A stretch of DNA of 64,000 nucleotides, from the NCBI GenBank assembly GCA_030770535.1, contig JASVEC010000011.1, positions 434,001 to 498,000 of the forward strand, given 5' to 3'. This DNA is from Batkoa obscura. Lineage: Eukaryota. The translations under genes were made by a program, and so were the position numbers. Below the pieces are notes generated by a model, which searched no databases, had not been told where the DNA came from, and saw only the letters and a program-made list of their open reading frames with translations. Positions 20,765 through 33,783 of the stretch are shown here, piece by piece (the stretch's first letter is position 1; the number at the start of each line of letters is the position of its first letter).

Positions 20765-23700
20765 TCATTGTTGGGTCAGCCTCTTCACGATTTGATCGCT
20801 TATGATTTTTGGCGTCATTAATAAAGTGCTTCCAGTTGGATATAAATGTTTACGTAACCCATCAGCAGTAAGGATAGACTCTTCTTGAATTTGAAGTCCT
20901 TCACCTAAATCCAAGTCAGAATTAGATTGTACTTCAGAAACTCGATTCCAATAAGCAAGAGTTATCTTATCTTTAGCCAACTGTACAACACCGTAAGGGG
21001 ATAATGTCTCACCTAAATCACTATCATTCTTTTCGGTTGATAATGTACTAATGATTTTGTGGCCAGCAAAGAAAGAGTTATTGGATGGCGCACATTCCTT
21101 ATCCATTAGATTTTCTATGATGTTTGTGGTGCTTTGATTAACGTTTTTAAAATCAGACTCGTTGCTCTTAGCAGACGGAATCAAATTTGGTACACCTTTC
21201 AATGCAATAAATCTCATTTCTGATTTACTATTTGTTATAAGCTTAAACGGACCATTAGAAGCTTTAGTATTATTATGTTCTTGTTTTTTGGTCCCATTAG
21301 TTCCAGACATGATTTGAAAAAGTTTTGATGGTTCACGGCTCCTCAATGATTTATTATTATCTTTATCTAATTGTTGATTCCATAGATAGTGTATAACCAT
21401 GCCATAGCAGCTTGGCTCATCAGTGGAAATTGGAGGAAAACCGTCCATCGGGCTTTCAGCAGCTTTTAAATCAGAAGGTGTTAAAAAATACTCGCCAACC
21501 TTGATCTTGACCACTTTCTCAAGCGGGATACGTGTAAATTGGATCACTTTTTCTAAGCCATAGTGAAAGGAGCATATATAGATGGAACATGTAGTTAAGA
21601 TTACAATCTTTTCCTCTAATTTTAGATGAAATACCCTGTTTAATTTTAAAGGGGATAATAAAGTCCATCCCGCTAATTTAGTTTCATTATCCATGAGGAT
21701 AATAGAAGCGCTAACCTCTACTGCATTCACGCGAATCTTTTTCAATCGTTCTTCTAGCCCAGGTTCTGTAGCAATATGAGTCTCTGCAACTTCTCTAAAT
21801 TTTTCAAGTCTATGATGACCTTGAAGATAATCTAACACAGCTTGAGTAAAGAAATCCTTAAAAGCGTTTAAATAAAACCTGGATAATGAGTTAGTTGCAT
21901 CATTCATCAATCCCTGTAAATTTCTCTTTCCAGTGCGTGTAAAATCTCCTTTAAGTGCACTTGTTCCAGCATATGCTTGTGAAATAGCATCACCATTATT
22001 AGCCCATAAATCATTAATAACCATCTCAAATGCTTCATGGTATCCCAAACCTTTATCAGGATGCTCTTGGACTCCTAATCTAAATAATTGTGTATTTAAA
22101 ACATAACGAGCAAGGGCACTTTGGACAACGTTTGTACGATCTAAGCAATCCATACAGTTGGTTCTAAATATTCCTTCTTGGTGGGTGAAAGTTGCATCTT
22201 CAGTTTGGTTCTTCCAGTAATAGCCAATGTCACCAAATCGTGGTTCCAATACTTGAATTAATTTACTCAAATTCTCATAATTCATACCCTGAGTTTCTCT
22301 GTGGAAATCAAATTCTATCAATTCTACTTTATCAGCTATACTTTTGGCTTTATCCTTCGAAGAGTTCAAATAATTTCTAAAGGCTGACGAAACAATACTT
22401 TCTCTACCACTTTGCTCTGCCAAATTAATAAGCGACAATTGGTTCCCATAAACGTGCGTCAACTTTGCTAAATGTTTGATGAAGGCATCTAAGTTTTCTG
22501 GTCCTCCTCGCTCCATAATTGGGATTGGTCTCAATGAATAAGGACTCTGACTCCAGAACAAAGGAATTGATCCGCGAATTTGTAAAAAGGAGCATACATG
22601 ATTTATATTTTCACGCTTTAATTCTAAAATTTGTTCAGTTTCAGTGAAATTGGCTACATTACCGCACTCATTAACACCACGTCTTTGATATCTCATTCCT
22701 AACCGATTTACACTCCTCCTTGAAACAACAGTAAGGTCAAATTGAAACCCATCTATTTCACATAACTCTGTTTGAAAATAGCCCTGAATGATAGGTATAA
22801 TCCAAAGATCTAGGTTTCCTTGTATAAAATCTAATTGAATAGTTCTATTCCACCAAAACTCGTTATTGAACTCTTTAAAAAAACTATTCTCATTTTTATG
22901 TATAGACTCTTTTCTTTGAAGGCTATTGGTAAGATCATAGTAGTAGGACATATACATATTACCATCAACGCCAAATAGTTTTCGTATTTCTCTCTTGATC
23001 CTTGCTTCTAAAAGCTCATCTTCTGATCTTGATGATTTCCTATTATTTATAGAATTTAACATCCTTGTGTTTTCAGCATAAGTTTTTTGGGTAGCATCAT
23101 TTTGTTTGATATCTTTATTTGGACTTTCTAAATTTGATGTTTCACTTGCACTATCCCAGCTAACACTTTTTAGGCCAGGAGAACTTATTGGTGTGGCATC
23201 ATCATCTGACATTGGATTTATAGGGGAGTTTGGCAATTCAAGTCTTAGTCCTACAATTGTAATTAGTTATTCTTGATTTATATCAAAAATAATACCTTCT
23301 ACCCTTTCATGAAGCGTTGGACTCGTGTCTTTATTTTTATCTTCCACTCTTTTATCGTATGCTTGCACAACAGCTTTCAAGCGATCAAATAAATTTGGTG
23401 TACCACTCTCAGAGACTTTTCCTTGGTTGACCAATGAATTAGGCTCTTCAATCTTTGGAGACTCACTAGCACTATCATCTTCATTGAAATTTTCCTAAAT
23501 TTGTTAGTATCACTGGATTAAGCATTTAAATAACTATTACTTCGAAAGCAAGGACACTTAAAGTATAATCATATGGTAAAATATTAATTTCTTCAATATG
23601 GTAGACAGGTTTTTTGTTAAACGAACCTGCTTTTTTTATTTTTGATATCACTATCAAGTGCCAACCTAAATAGTAGTTATAGTTGTATTGTAAAGTGTCA

Positions 23701-24364
23701 TTAATTTAAATTTAAATTTAGATTACCAGTCAAAAGCTTTAAACTTCCAACAATTCCATATATCCTATATTTTTTATAAGGTTCTTCTAAGATTAAATTA
23801 TCTAAATATGGTTATTTAAAATAAATGCTGTAATACAAAAATATAGTTACCGATCTCAATTGGGTGAATTCTTCTATCAAAGCTAATTTTGAGATATTTA
23901 TTTGGCTTTGATTCATCAATAGAGTTCATATTCTTATTTGGCGATACATTAGGTAAAGAAAAGGTTGGTAATATTGTTTCTGATTTATTAGAAACATCTG
24001 TAATTGAAGTAATAGATTTATTATCAAATAATTGGATTGAATTTTGACTTAATTTGATTCTTATACCAGGTTTAGTTCCGGATTCTTTCAGAATTTTGTT
24101 AGAACTTAAGCTATCTGTTTTTAAAGTTTCATTTTCGTTTTTATTTATTGGCTCTTGTGCATCCTCTTTAATCAAATTGAAATTACTTTCCGATTCTATT
24201 TTTGGATCCTCAGCTTTGCTATCTTTTTCATTCTCTAGCTTCAATTCAGCCTTATCTTCCGGTAAGTCTATCCTCTTGTCTTGGCTCACAGAGCAGATGT
24301 AAAAGGCACTTTGAGTTATATAAAGATCAAGTGTTTTATAAGGTAAAGTTTTATACTTAAACAT
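20765..24364 (-). CDS. SAC-domain phosphoinositide phosphatase with hSac2-type C-terminal domain (SAC2/INPP5F-like), multi-exon
   Basis: SRRSVNRLGMRYQRRG, ANFTETEQ, RGSIPLFWSQ, catalytic RTNCMDCLDRTNVVQ, YAGTSALKGDFTRTGKR and a downstream GWTLLSP...EEKIVILT segment. The 5' exons run up to an ATG at 24364 (approximate). Confidence 0.9.
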
Positions 24365-25096
24365 TATATAATTAAAACATGAAAAAAAATTTAAAATTTT
24401 AACAATCTTAAATTTACAGTTTTTTAACGGCAAGCATGAGCTGATCTATTAGCCCCACTCTGTTTGAGTTCTACCTTTTCAAAAAATATTAGCCCAAGCT
24501 CACCATTTTGTTATAAGTTTTTGGGCAAAGCTATAATTTATCGTTCTATTTGTTTACTAGTATAACTATATCAATTGATAAGTTATAGACAAATTTAAAA
24601 TAAGTAATATTTGGTATTATTTCACTCTCCTATTTAATTAATTTATAAAAGGTATGAAATGCCAAACGTTTTGCTTTCCATATTTAAATTAATTAACTAT
24701 AGCAATCTTATTCTAAATTTTTGACAGGCATTATTTAACGGTGTTAGTAGAACGGAACAAAGTTTGTTTTAAAATGGTGTAGTAAATAATTCAATACACA
24801 CTAAAGATAAATAAAGATGTGCCTAAAATTTTGATTGATCTCACTCTTACAGAAAAAAAGAATATAACCTACTGTTAAAAATAGCTAAGCAACTAGTATA
24901 AACGTTACAATAAATCAACTAAAAGGAAATATAAGGCAGACGGTTTTAAATGGATGTTGTAACTTTTCAAGTTATTATATGAAGTATAAAACTATTTCAT
25001 TTTTTAAATAACAGTGTATCTTACTAGTATGTTATGCTATGAAAATAGTATAGTTGGTATTTTGAATATTTAAGAATTTACAGTTTACAAACATAT

Positions 25097-25195
25097 AGAG
25101 GTGTATTTTTGTGTTCAAGAATTTTACTAACAATATTTCCGCTCAAATAGCGCTTAAAATATGGAAAAAGTAATGAAACCAAAAAGAATACCCCT
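25097..25195 (+). mobile_element. ~100-bp MITE, copy 3 (degenerate termini)
   Basis: AGAGGTGTATTTTT...AAGAATACCCCT flanked by ATAT/ATAT; interior identical to the reverse complement of copy 5. Confidence 0.85.
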
Positions 25196-25386
25196 ATATT
25201 AAATAAAAATAAAAAGACTTTTATTATAGTTTTTTTCTGAAAGAGCTTTTTGTAAGGTGAATTTTATAAAAAGGTGATTAAGTATAAATTTTAAATAGCA
25301 GTAGAGGTATAAAAACAAAAATGCTAACCAAATAACGTACAGCATTTTATTCAAAAATTAAATCTTGCAATTTATAATGTTTTTAC

Positions 25387-25475
25387 AAGGATGTCTTTTT
25401 TTGTTTAAGAAATTTATTAACATCTTTTCGCTCAATGATACTTAAGAATAAAAAAAGTGATGAAACTAAAAACAT
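25387..25475 (+). mobile_element. ~100-bp MITE, copy 4 (heavily decayed)
   Basis: GGATGTCTTTTTTTGTTTAAGAAATTTATTAACA...GTGATGAAACTAAAAACA aligns to the family consensus; termini eroded. Confidence 0.65.
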
Positions 25476-25998
25476 TTAGATAATTTCGGCTATTTTACAG
25501 TATTCACAAATATTATAATAGTTGTGATATTTTTTGTTTTAGAATTTAGTAATTTTTATTGTTTTATATTCCATGAAAAATTTAAAAATAACAAAATAAA
25601 GACATTTCTTGCAATGATCTCAGTTATACAACTGAGGCTTTAACTAGAGTAACTCTAGCCCTAGTATTATAATACTCTCGTTTTGTAATCAAAAAATGAC
25701 AATTTTCATATTTGAGGATTTAATATTGGTATAAACTAGATTATTAAAATCTAAGCCCAGTCATAGCCTCTTTAATTTAGTCCCTTGAGTTCTGGGATAT
25801 TATTGTTTTTTATATGCTTTTTATCAGAACTTTTCTTCATAAGTTTCACTATTTTTCTTAAAATAAAATACTGTTTGTTTAAATTATAAACAAAAAATAT
25901 CCTCAAATTTTATTTAAACATTTATTTAAGTCTTTTATAAGCATATATCACTACCAATGTCTTAAAAGCTAAAGCTATTAATCCTTAAATTAGTATAT

Positions 25999-26096
25999 GG
26001 GGTGTTTTTTTTGGTTTCATTACTTTTTCCATATTTTAAGCGCTATTTGAGCGGAAATATTGTTAGTAAAATTCTTGAACACAAAAATACATCCCC
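25999..26096 (-). mobile_element. ~100-bp MITE, copy 5
   Basis: GGGGTGTTTTTTTTGGTTTCA...ATACATCCCC flanked by ATAT/ATAT. Confidence 0.9.
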
Positions 26097-27133
26097 ATAT
26101 AATAACTAAAAATTTAATTAAAACTTTCTAAAAAAAATTAAAACTTAAATAATTAATTGGTATACTTTTATACAGTACTTATATTATTTAACAAATGAAA
26201 TTTTTTAAACTTCATTTTATATAGTTTTTAAATATGACATTTGTTTTTTAACTTTATTAATTTTTTAAAAAAGAACCCTCAATGTCAAAAAGCTTTTTTT
26301 GATACTTTTTATTTCAGTAATAATTTTTTTACATTTTTAATATGGAAACTTAAAATGGTAGCATACATATAAGTATAAACACTTCTACTGCTATTTATTA
26401 GATATTTCCATAAATTTTTTTACTTTTCTTAATAAAAAAATTAATAGAATTATTATAGTAAAAGGGTTTTCAGTTAAAATAAAGATGACTTTGTAGCAAA
26501 AGTTATTTACTATTGCAATCTATACTTTCACCGTACTGGGTTTGTTCAAGGAATTTAAAAGACTCATGGAGACACCTAATTACCCTAATTTTTATTTTAT
26601 TTATTAGTATTTTAAATAATGGTTGAAGTAAAAAAATTGTATTTAATTGCTTCAATTTCAATATAAGAATAAATCAAAGTTAATTATTAATTCATTACAG
26701 TCAATTCTAAAGAGCACAGTTTATCAGAACAAAAGAATTTTATTTTATTTTTATAATTACATCCTGATAAGCTAACTAAAACTAAATAAACTTCGGTTGG
26801 TTATTTTTATAAACAATCTTCGCAGTGATTATTCAATTATTCATGCAGTAATGAGCCTGTGGATTTATATTTAACTCTAATAAAAATTTATAGCTGCTGC
26901 AGCTATATTGCGACTTGGTTAACAATACATTTTAAAGTAAAATTTAGCCAAAACAAGACTAAATCTATGCTCTGAGCTCTAAGAGAATCCAGATAAATAA
27001 ATAGCTAATCGTAAAAATATCTGCAAATTAAGTCGAAATAAAGCTATGATAGCTGTATTCAGGTTTAAGCCGAAAAATAGTATAAATAATCCTAAGAAAA
27101 CTATCAACTCAATAAAAAACCTAATTAATAAAA

Positions 27134-30100
27134 ATGTATAAACTAAAAGCTTATTTCAAGCCTAAAAAATATATAAGCTCAAATGAAGTGATTGAGAAGG
27201 AATCTGATTCCCGAGATGAGTCCTCAACAACCACTCAACCTGTTCCCTTTATCAAGCTATTTCAATTTTCTACTTTCGAAATAAATTACTCATGTTATTA
27301 GCTGCCATAAATTCTGTTATCAATGGTTTATCGCAACCTGTCTTACTTTTATTATGTGCTCAAGTGATTGGACTTCTTGGAGAATATCAAAAAAATTATT
27401 TAGAAAATCCTGAGCTTGCCAATGCCACTTTAAAGCAAGCCACTGATTTTTTATGTATTTTATTTGTGATTATTGGGATCATTACAGCGATAGCCGCTTA
27501 CCTTTAACTTTCACTTTGGTTAAGGGTAGGGGAAACTCAAGCTTTGAGGACACGAAATAAATACTATTATTCTCTATTAACTCAAGAATTAGGTTGGTTT
27601 GATGTTAACTCTTCAGGTGATATAGCTTCACGTATAGCTAATCATATTAATTTAATTCAAGATGGTATATCTAATAAAATTGGTTTACTGATTCAATATA
27701 TGTTTTGTTTTATTGGTGCTTTTTTAATAGCTGTTATAAATGGTTGGAAGTTGACTTTAGTTATATCGAGTTCAATACCTTTGTTAGTACTTGCTGATAT
27801 GTTAACCAGTAAATTAATTGCCAATGTATCTAAAGATGGTCAAGAAGTTTATGGTGAAGATGAATATATAGTAGGAGAAGTATTATCAGCTATCAAAACA
27901 ATTCATTCTTTTAATACTCAAGAAAGGAAATAAAATAGATATGAAGGAAATTTAAAATTAGCACGTAAAACTGGGTATCGTAAAGTTATATTTGCTGGTA
28001 TTGGTAATGGTATTAATTTACTCGTTGTATTTTTAATTTATGCTTTAGCTATGTGGTATGGTAGTAAATTAATTTTAAATAATGAAGAAAGTGCTACTGA
28101 TATTTTAATCATTCTCTTTAATGTCTTAATCGGCTCTATGATATTAGGTATGACCTCCCCTTCTCTTACTGCTGTTGCTACAGCACAAGGTGCTGCTACT
28201 AAACTATTCGAAATCATTGAAAGAGAATCAAATATTGATCCGTTTTTAATAACTGAGGAACATGTGAAAAATCAATCCAAAATGTCACCAGTAAAAGGGA
28301 ATATAACATTTGAAAATGTACAATTCAGTTATCCATCTAGACTGGATGTTCAGATCCTTAAAGGTATTAGTTTTGAAGCATTAAAAGGACAAACAGTTGC
28401 TTTAGTTGGTCATTCTGGTAGTGGTAAAAGTACATGTGTTGGATTGATAGAAAGATTTTATACACCAACATCTGGAAAAATATTATTAGACGATATAGAT
28501 ATCTCTCAAATCTCAAATAAATTCTTAAAAGAACATGTTGGCTTAGTAGGTCAAGAACCATGTTTGTTTGGTACCACCATTAAACAGAACATCTTATTTG
28601 GTTTAAAGAACGATGATGAGTTTAAAGCTGATGCTAAACAATTACATGATCGTGTTGTAAATGCTTGTAAACTAGCTAACATCCATGATTTTATCATGAA
28701 ATTACCACAACAATATGATACTATGGTTGGTGATCGTGGGTCTCAATTACGTGGAGGACAAAAGCAAAGAATAGCTATTGCTAGAGCTATAATTAAAGAC
28801 CCAACTATATTATTACTTGATGAAGCCACCTCAGCTTTAGATACTGAATCAGAAAGAATTGTTCAAAAAGCATTAGATAATGCTGCTAAAGATAGAACAA
28901 CTATTGTGATTGCTCATCGTTTATCTACTATTAAAAAAGCAGATAAGATTGTTGTTTCCAATAAGGGTACTATTATTGAAGAAGGAAGTCATAACGAATT
29001 AATTGAGCTTAACGGTGCTTATGCTAATTTAGTTAAACAACAAGAAATTAGAAAAGGCGATGAAGAAAAGAACAAAGATGATGACATTGTTAGTAATGAC
29101 ATAAAGGAGGATGAAGTAGTATTAGATATAAAAGATAATGAAGAATTAGAAGAGGGTTTATTTAAAATGGCAAGTCGAGTTAAAGCACTTCCAACAGAAT
29201 TGATCAAAAATAAAAATAATTCATATGAAACCCCAATGCCATTAATGAGATGTTTAAAAATGATATCTTCGTACTGGTATTATGATTTGTGTGGCTTAAT
29301 TGGAACTGTATTTGATGGTATATTATTTCCCATTTATTCTATTTTACTTACTGAAGTTACTCAACCATTTTTCGATTTAAGTATTCCAAATCTAATGGAA
29401 GAAGCCCAACAAAATATTAATTTTTGGTCCATTCTATTTGTAACTTTAGCTATCTTTTGTCTTATTACTGGATTTCTAAGATACTTTGGTTTCAATACTT
29501 TAAGTGAACACCTCACTTATGGATTACGTAAATCCTACTTTCGTTCTTTATTAACTCAAGAAGTAGCTTTTTATGATCTTCCACAAAATTCAGTGGGTAT
29601 TTAACTAAAAAATTAGTTATTGAAGCTGAAAATGTTCAAACTTTAGTCAATAAATTTATGGGTTCAGTACTTAGTACATTGACATATGTGGTTGCTAGTT
29701 TGATTATTGTGTTTTTAAATGGATGTAAATTAACATTAGTAATGTTAGCCCTTCGACCATTTGATGCATATAGTCAACTTATTTAAGTATTTGTATTAAC
29801 TAATATTAATGAAAAAACTAAATTAGCTTATCTAAAAGTATCTCAAATGACAATGGAACCTGTTATTAATAAAAATACCATCAATTCATTAAACAGAGAA
29901 ACTAGATTTTATGAAGATTATTTAGAAAGTACCTAAAATGCCCATCATAATTCTAAGCTTGATTATCTTAAATCGGCTATTGGTTATTCAGCTTCAATGA
30001 GTATCCCTCATTTTATTAATGCTATAGCGTATTGGTATGGCACAATTTTAATAATTGATCAAGATTATACATATAAAAATATGTTCCGAATTGTTGTATT

Positions 30101-30988
30101 ATTAATTTTATGAGTACAAATTTTGACTTTGCTTCAAGTGAATGAACTTCCTTAATTAAATTTAAAATTGTAGCTAATGATCTCTTTCAACTATTAGATT
30201 TTAAGCCAAAAATAAACAAATCGGATTCTCATGGTACTAAAAATAAGCAACTATATGGTAATGTTTTGAGTGAAAATGTTCAGTTTGCTTATCCATCTAG
30301 ACTAAATGTTAAAGTATTGAATAGGTTAAATCTGGAAGTACTGATAAATAAAAAAGTAACCTTAGTTAGCTCTTCTGGGTCTGGAAAATCAACTATAATT
30401 GGGATTATCCAAATGTTCTATACTCTTAACTCTGAAAAGCTTGAAGTTGAAGGTCAAGATATCAATGAGTGGAATGTATTTTATTTAAGTAGTCAATTAT
30501 CTACCGTTGGTCAAGAACCTGTGCTCTTTAATACTTCAGTTATGGATAATATCGCTTATGGAGCAGAAAGATATGTCACAAAAGAAGGAATTATTCAAGT
30601 AGCTAAAATGGCTAATGCACATGATTTTATCATGGATCTCCCAGATGGTTACGATACTTCATGTGGTGAGCGTGGAGGTAGACTTTCAGGTGGTCAAAAA
30701 TAGAGAGTAGCTATTGCTAGAGCACTTATTAGGAATCCAAAATTATTGTTATCAAATGAAGCTACATCTGCTTTAGATCCTCAATCTAGAAAATTAGTAC
30801 AATTGGTTTTAGATGAAGCATCTGAAATTAGAGCTACTATTGTTATTGCTCATCGATTACCTACTATTCAAGATGCATATTTAATTATTGTTATAAAAAA
30901 TGGTAAAAAAATAGAAATGGGTATTCATGGCCAACTTTTAAATGTTGGTGGGTATTACGCTTCTTTGGTATTAAATCAAACATTTTAA
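27134..30988 (+). pseudogene. ABCB/MDR1-type full transporter pseudogene (paralog of 57829-61653)
   Basis: Collinear with the intact copy, with frameshifts near 27280 and 29600 and premature stops at 27505 (TAA), 27931 (TAA) and 30701 (TAG), among others. The ABC signature is changed from LSGGQ to LRGGQ and Walker B from LLDE to LSNE. Confidence 0.92.
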
Positions 30989-32205
30989 ATTTTAAAAGTT
31001 TTTTTGATCTTCTCTTATTCCATTGACTTATTAAAGAATTTAATGTTATTGTTTATTTTATGAGCTATGTTTTAATGATAACAAAACATTCTAAATAATG
31101 ATTTTTTTATTGATTTTACTACTCTTTTCCTTTTAGTTTCAATTCCTTATAATTGATTATTGGAACCTGAATACTTTTTCTATAGTTTCATATTAATATT
31201 ACAATAATCAAACGTTTAAAATACTTTTTTTTAATTTTTTTGGACAAATGGTATACTTCCAAATGTTTTATTAGGTAAATAGAAAAAACTAAACAATAAA
31301 AAGGAAAAAGATCATTTAGTTGATACTTGATATTCTTAGATTAATAACTTCACTATTACATGAGTAAAATCAATGTACTAGCGAATTATGTACTTGTTAA
31401 CAAAGTTACTTACTGAAGGACAGCATGGATTGGACTCCAAAGTTAACTTCGTGTGTACTATAAATAGTACCAAGGACTGAATCATAAAAAATAGTGCTGA
31501 GCATCCAATTAAGTAACATTAAACTAAAACTAATATCATTTCTATTGTAAATGGGTGTAGATGGGCTATAATGGGTGAATAATAGGTAAGCGTGTCATAC
31601 TTTACTCAAGCTGGGACAAATGAAAAATTGGTAATAGATGCTGTCTTTAAGATTAATAAAAAACCTGGAACTGAGTGCATATTTTGGGTTTGTACTTATG
31701 TATTTTGATATCAATAGAAAAGCATAGATGACTTGAAATCAATCAATTATTATTATTATTGTATAAAAAATGAATAACTCATCTAGTATTCTAATTTATA
31801 TCAAAAACATACTAAAAAACTCTTGATAAAATTCCATTATCTGTTTCTTCTTTTTAATCAAATACTCTGATTTATTTATTATATATTGATACAAAACAAT
31901 CGCTATTACAACTCATGAATTTTTTTCAAATGTTCTTAATATAACACTTATCAAATATTTTATTTCTTAATTTAGTAGTCTAATTAATTCATTAAATTGA
32001 GTGATGTCATCTATAAATTTCGAAAAATAAACAAAATTGACAAATTAATCGATTAGTGAACTATTGAAAGAATAAATAAATTTATTAAATTTCTATAAAA
32101 TAAATGATAGCAAATTGAGCATTTATGTTAAAAAATCACATATATGCTTTTATCCTTCCTTTAAACAAATTTTTATTTTTCATTTTTATTCTATAAATAT
32201 TTAAA

Positions 32206-33663
32206 ATGCAGGTCATTACCATTGCCCTCTATATCTATCTATTATCCTTCAATGTTATCGTCAGTATTAAACCCAATCAATGTATACTTGAAAATCAAAC
32301 TAAACTATTATGTTTTAATCGAGGTAACTCATTAACTATCGGCACCACTAACCTTAACTAACTATAAAATATTCTAGAAACATCTCAGTCCATTGATCTT
32401 ATCTCTTCTAACAATTGGAAATCAATTGAAACTACAGACAATAGAAACTCATATTTCAAACTCAACAATGAGAGTTTAATAGCTATATTAAAAGAAAAAA
32501 ATGATACCAAATTTATACTAAAACATTTCAATCTAACTTCCGATACTTGGCAGGGTTCCAAGATGGAAATCAATCTCTCTATTAAACAATTTCCTATTAT
32601 TCTACAAAATGATAAAGTAGTAACTCAGTTAGTAATAATTGATGAAAATAATCTCAATGTATTTTATTTATTTAATTCAATTAATCAATATTGGTATAGA
32701 CTTCAATTAAATATTAAGTTACAAAAAGAAAACTTCTTTTATCTGGGTAATATGTATTCAATTAATTGGGAAAAGAATAGTATCATTAAAATACAAATAA
32801 ATTCAGTTCAATTTAATGAAAAAAGTGAAAACAAAAGTAATGAATTTCCATTATCAGTTAACTTGAATAAATTAAAAGGAGATTTGTTGGAATCCAAGTT
32901 CATTACTAATTATAAAATAAAATTTGATGAAAATAGTAAGGAGAAGGTACAGTCCATAGACAAAGCAGAGTTTATAGTATTCAAAAATCAACAAATTTAT
33001 TTCTTTTATAAAACTAAAGTAATTGAATTAACAATGTCTACTTTAAGTATTAAAATAACTCAAATAACTCAATTTAATACTCAAGATTATTTATCAATCT
33101 TAAATTATAACGAAGAGGGGAAGAATAGTGATGAATTATTATTAATTACTAATAACAAAATTCAAATGTTTAATGTAAAAAATTGGAAACTGCAGGATTT
33201 TCAAGGGATTAAATCGGAGGAGAATCAATTCAAACTTAAAGTTAATAACTTAAGTAAAATAAAAGAAAGTTTAACAAAAAATCAAGAAATAAGTTACAAA
33301 CTCAATCCATTAATTATAATATTAATCATAGAAGGTATTATTACAATTCTATTAATTATTATTATTATTATTATTATATTAAAAAAACGACAACAAAAAA
33401 ATAAGCAAATTCTATCAAATATCAATAAAATCAATATAGATTATAAGAATCTCAATCCAACTGATAATTTCATTCAAAGTCAATCAATCTATTCTACTGA
33501 TATTACTAATAATTCTGTTAATAATTTAATAATAAGAGATTCTGCGACTTCTATAATTTCCGAATTAAAGTCATTTAAAAAAGCCACTAAAATAAATATC
33601 AAAAAAAATAGTGTTGATAATATAAATTTATCTACATTATATGCTTATTATCAAAAAGAATAA
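32206..33663 (+). CDS. Type I single-pass membrane protein of unknown family (2 exons)
   Basis: Signal peptide MQVITIALYIYLLSFNVIVS. An intron at about 32324-32377 joins in frame to ORF 32563-33663. TM segment LIIILIIEGIITILLIIIIIIIIL is followed by KKRQQK. Confidence 0.7.
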
Positions 33664-33743
33664 AAAATTATTAAAAATTAGATAATAATATAATAGTTAA
33701 TAACATGTTTTATTTTATATAAACTCCCTCTTCTCTCTTCTCT

Positions 33744-33783
33744 TTTCTTACTTTTCTTACTTTTCTTACTTTTCTTACTTTTT
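33744..33783. repeat. Short tandem repeat (TTTTCTTAC) x about 4
   Basis: Read directly, in the region between convergent gene ends. Confidence 0.8.

Noticed and set aside
27505..30703. RIP-like CpA to TpA mutation (three CAR to TAR stops)
   Set aside because: Gln-to-stop transitions are a common route to nonsense anyway. The near-identical trypsin, LTR and ABC tracts show no C-to-T shower, which RIP would be expected to produce.
27134..30988. TAA/TAG at Gln positions in the ABCB copy, suggesting stop-codon reassignment
   Set aside because: Intact genes in the window end in TAA, TAG and TGA normally, and this copy also has frameshifts and damaged catalytic motifs. It is a pseudogene.
31370..31710. 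Relatively GC-rich, coding-looking stretch
   Set aside because: The frame I translated is interrupted by stops, the ORF track shows nothing here, and I recognise no family. It may be a gene relic but cannot be supported.
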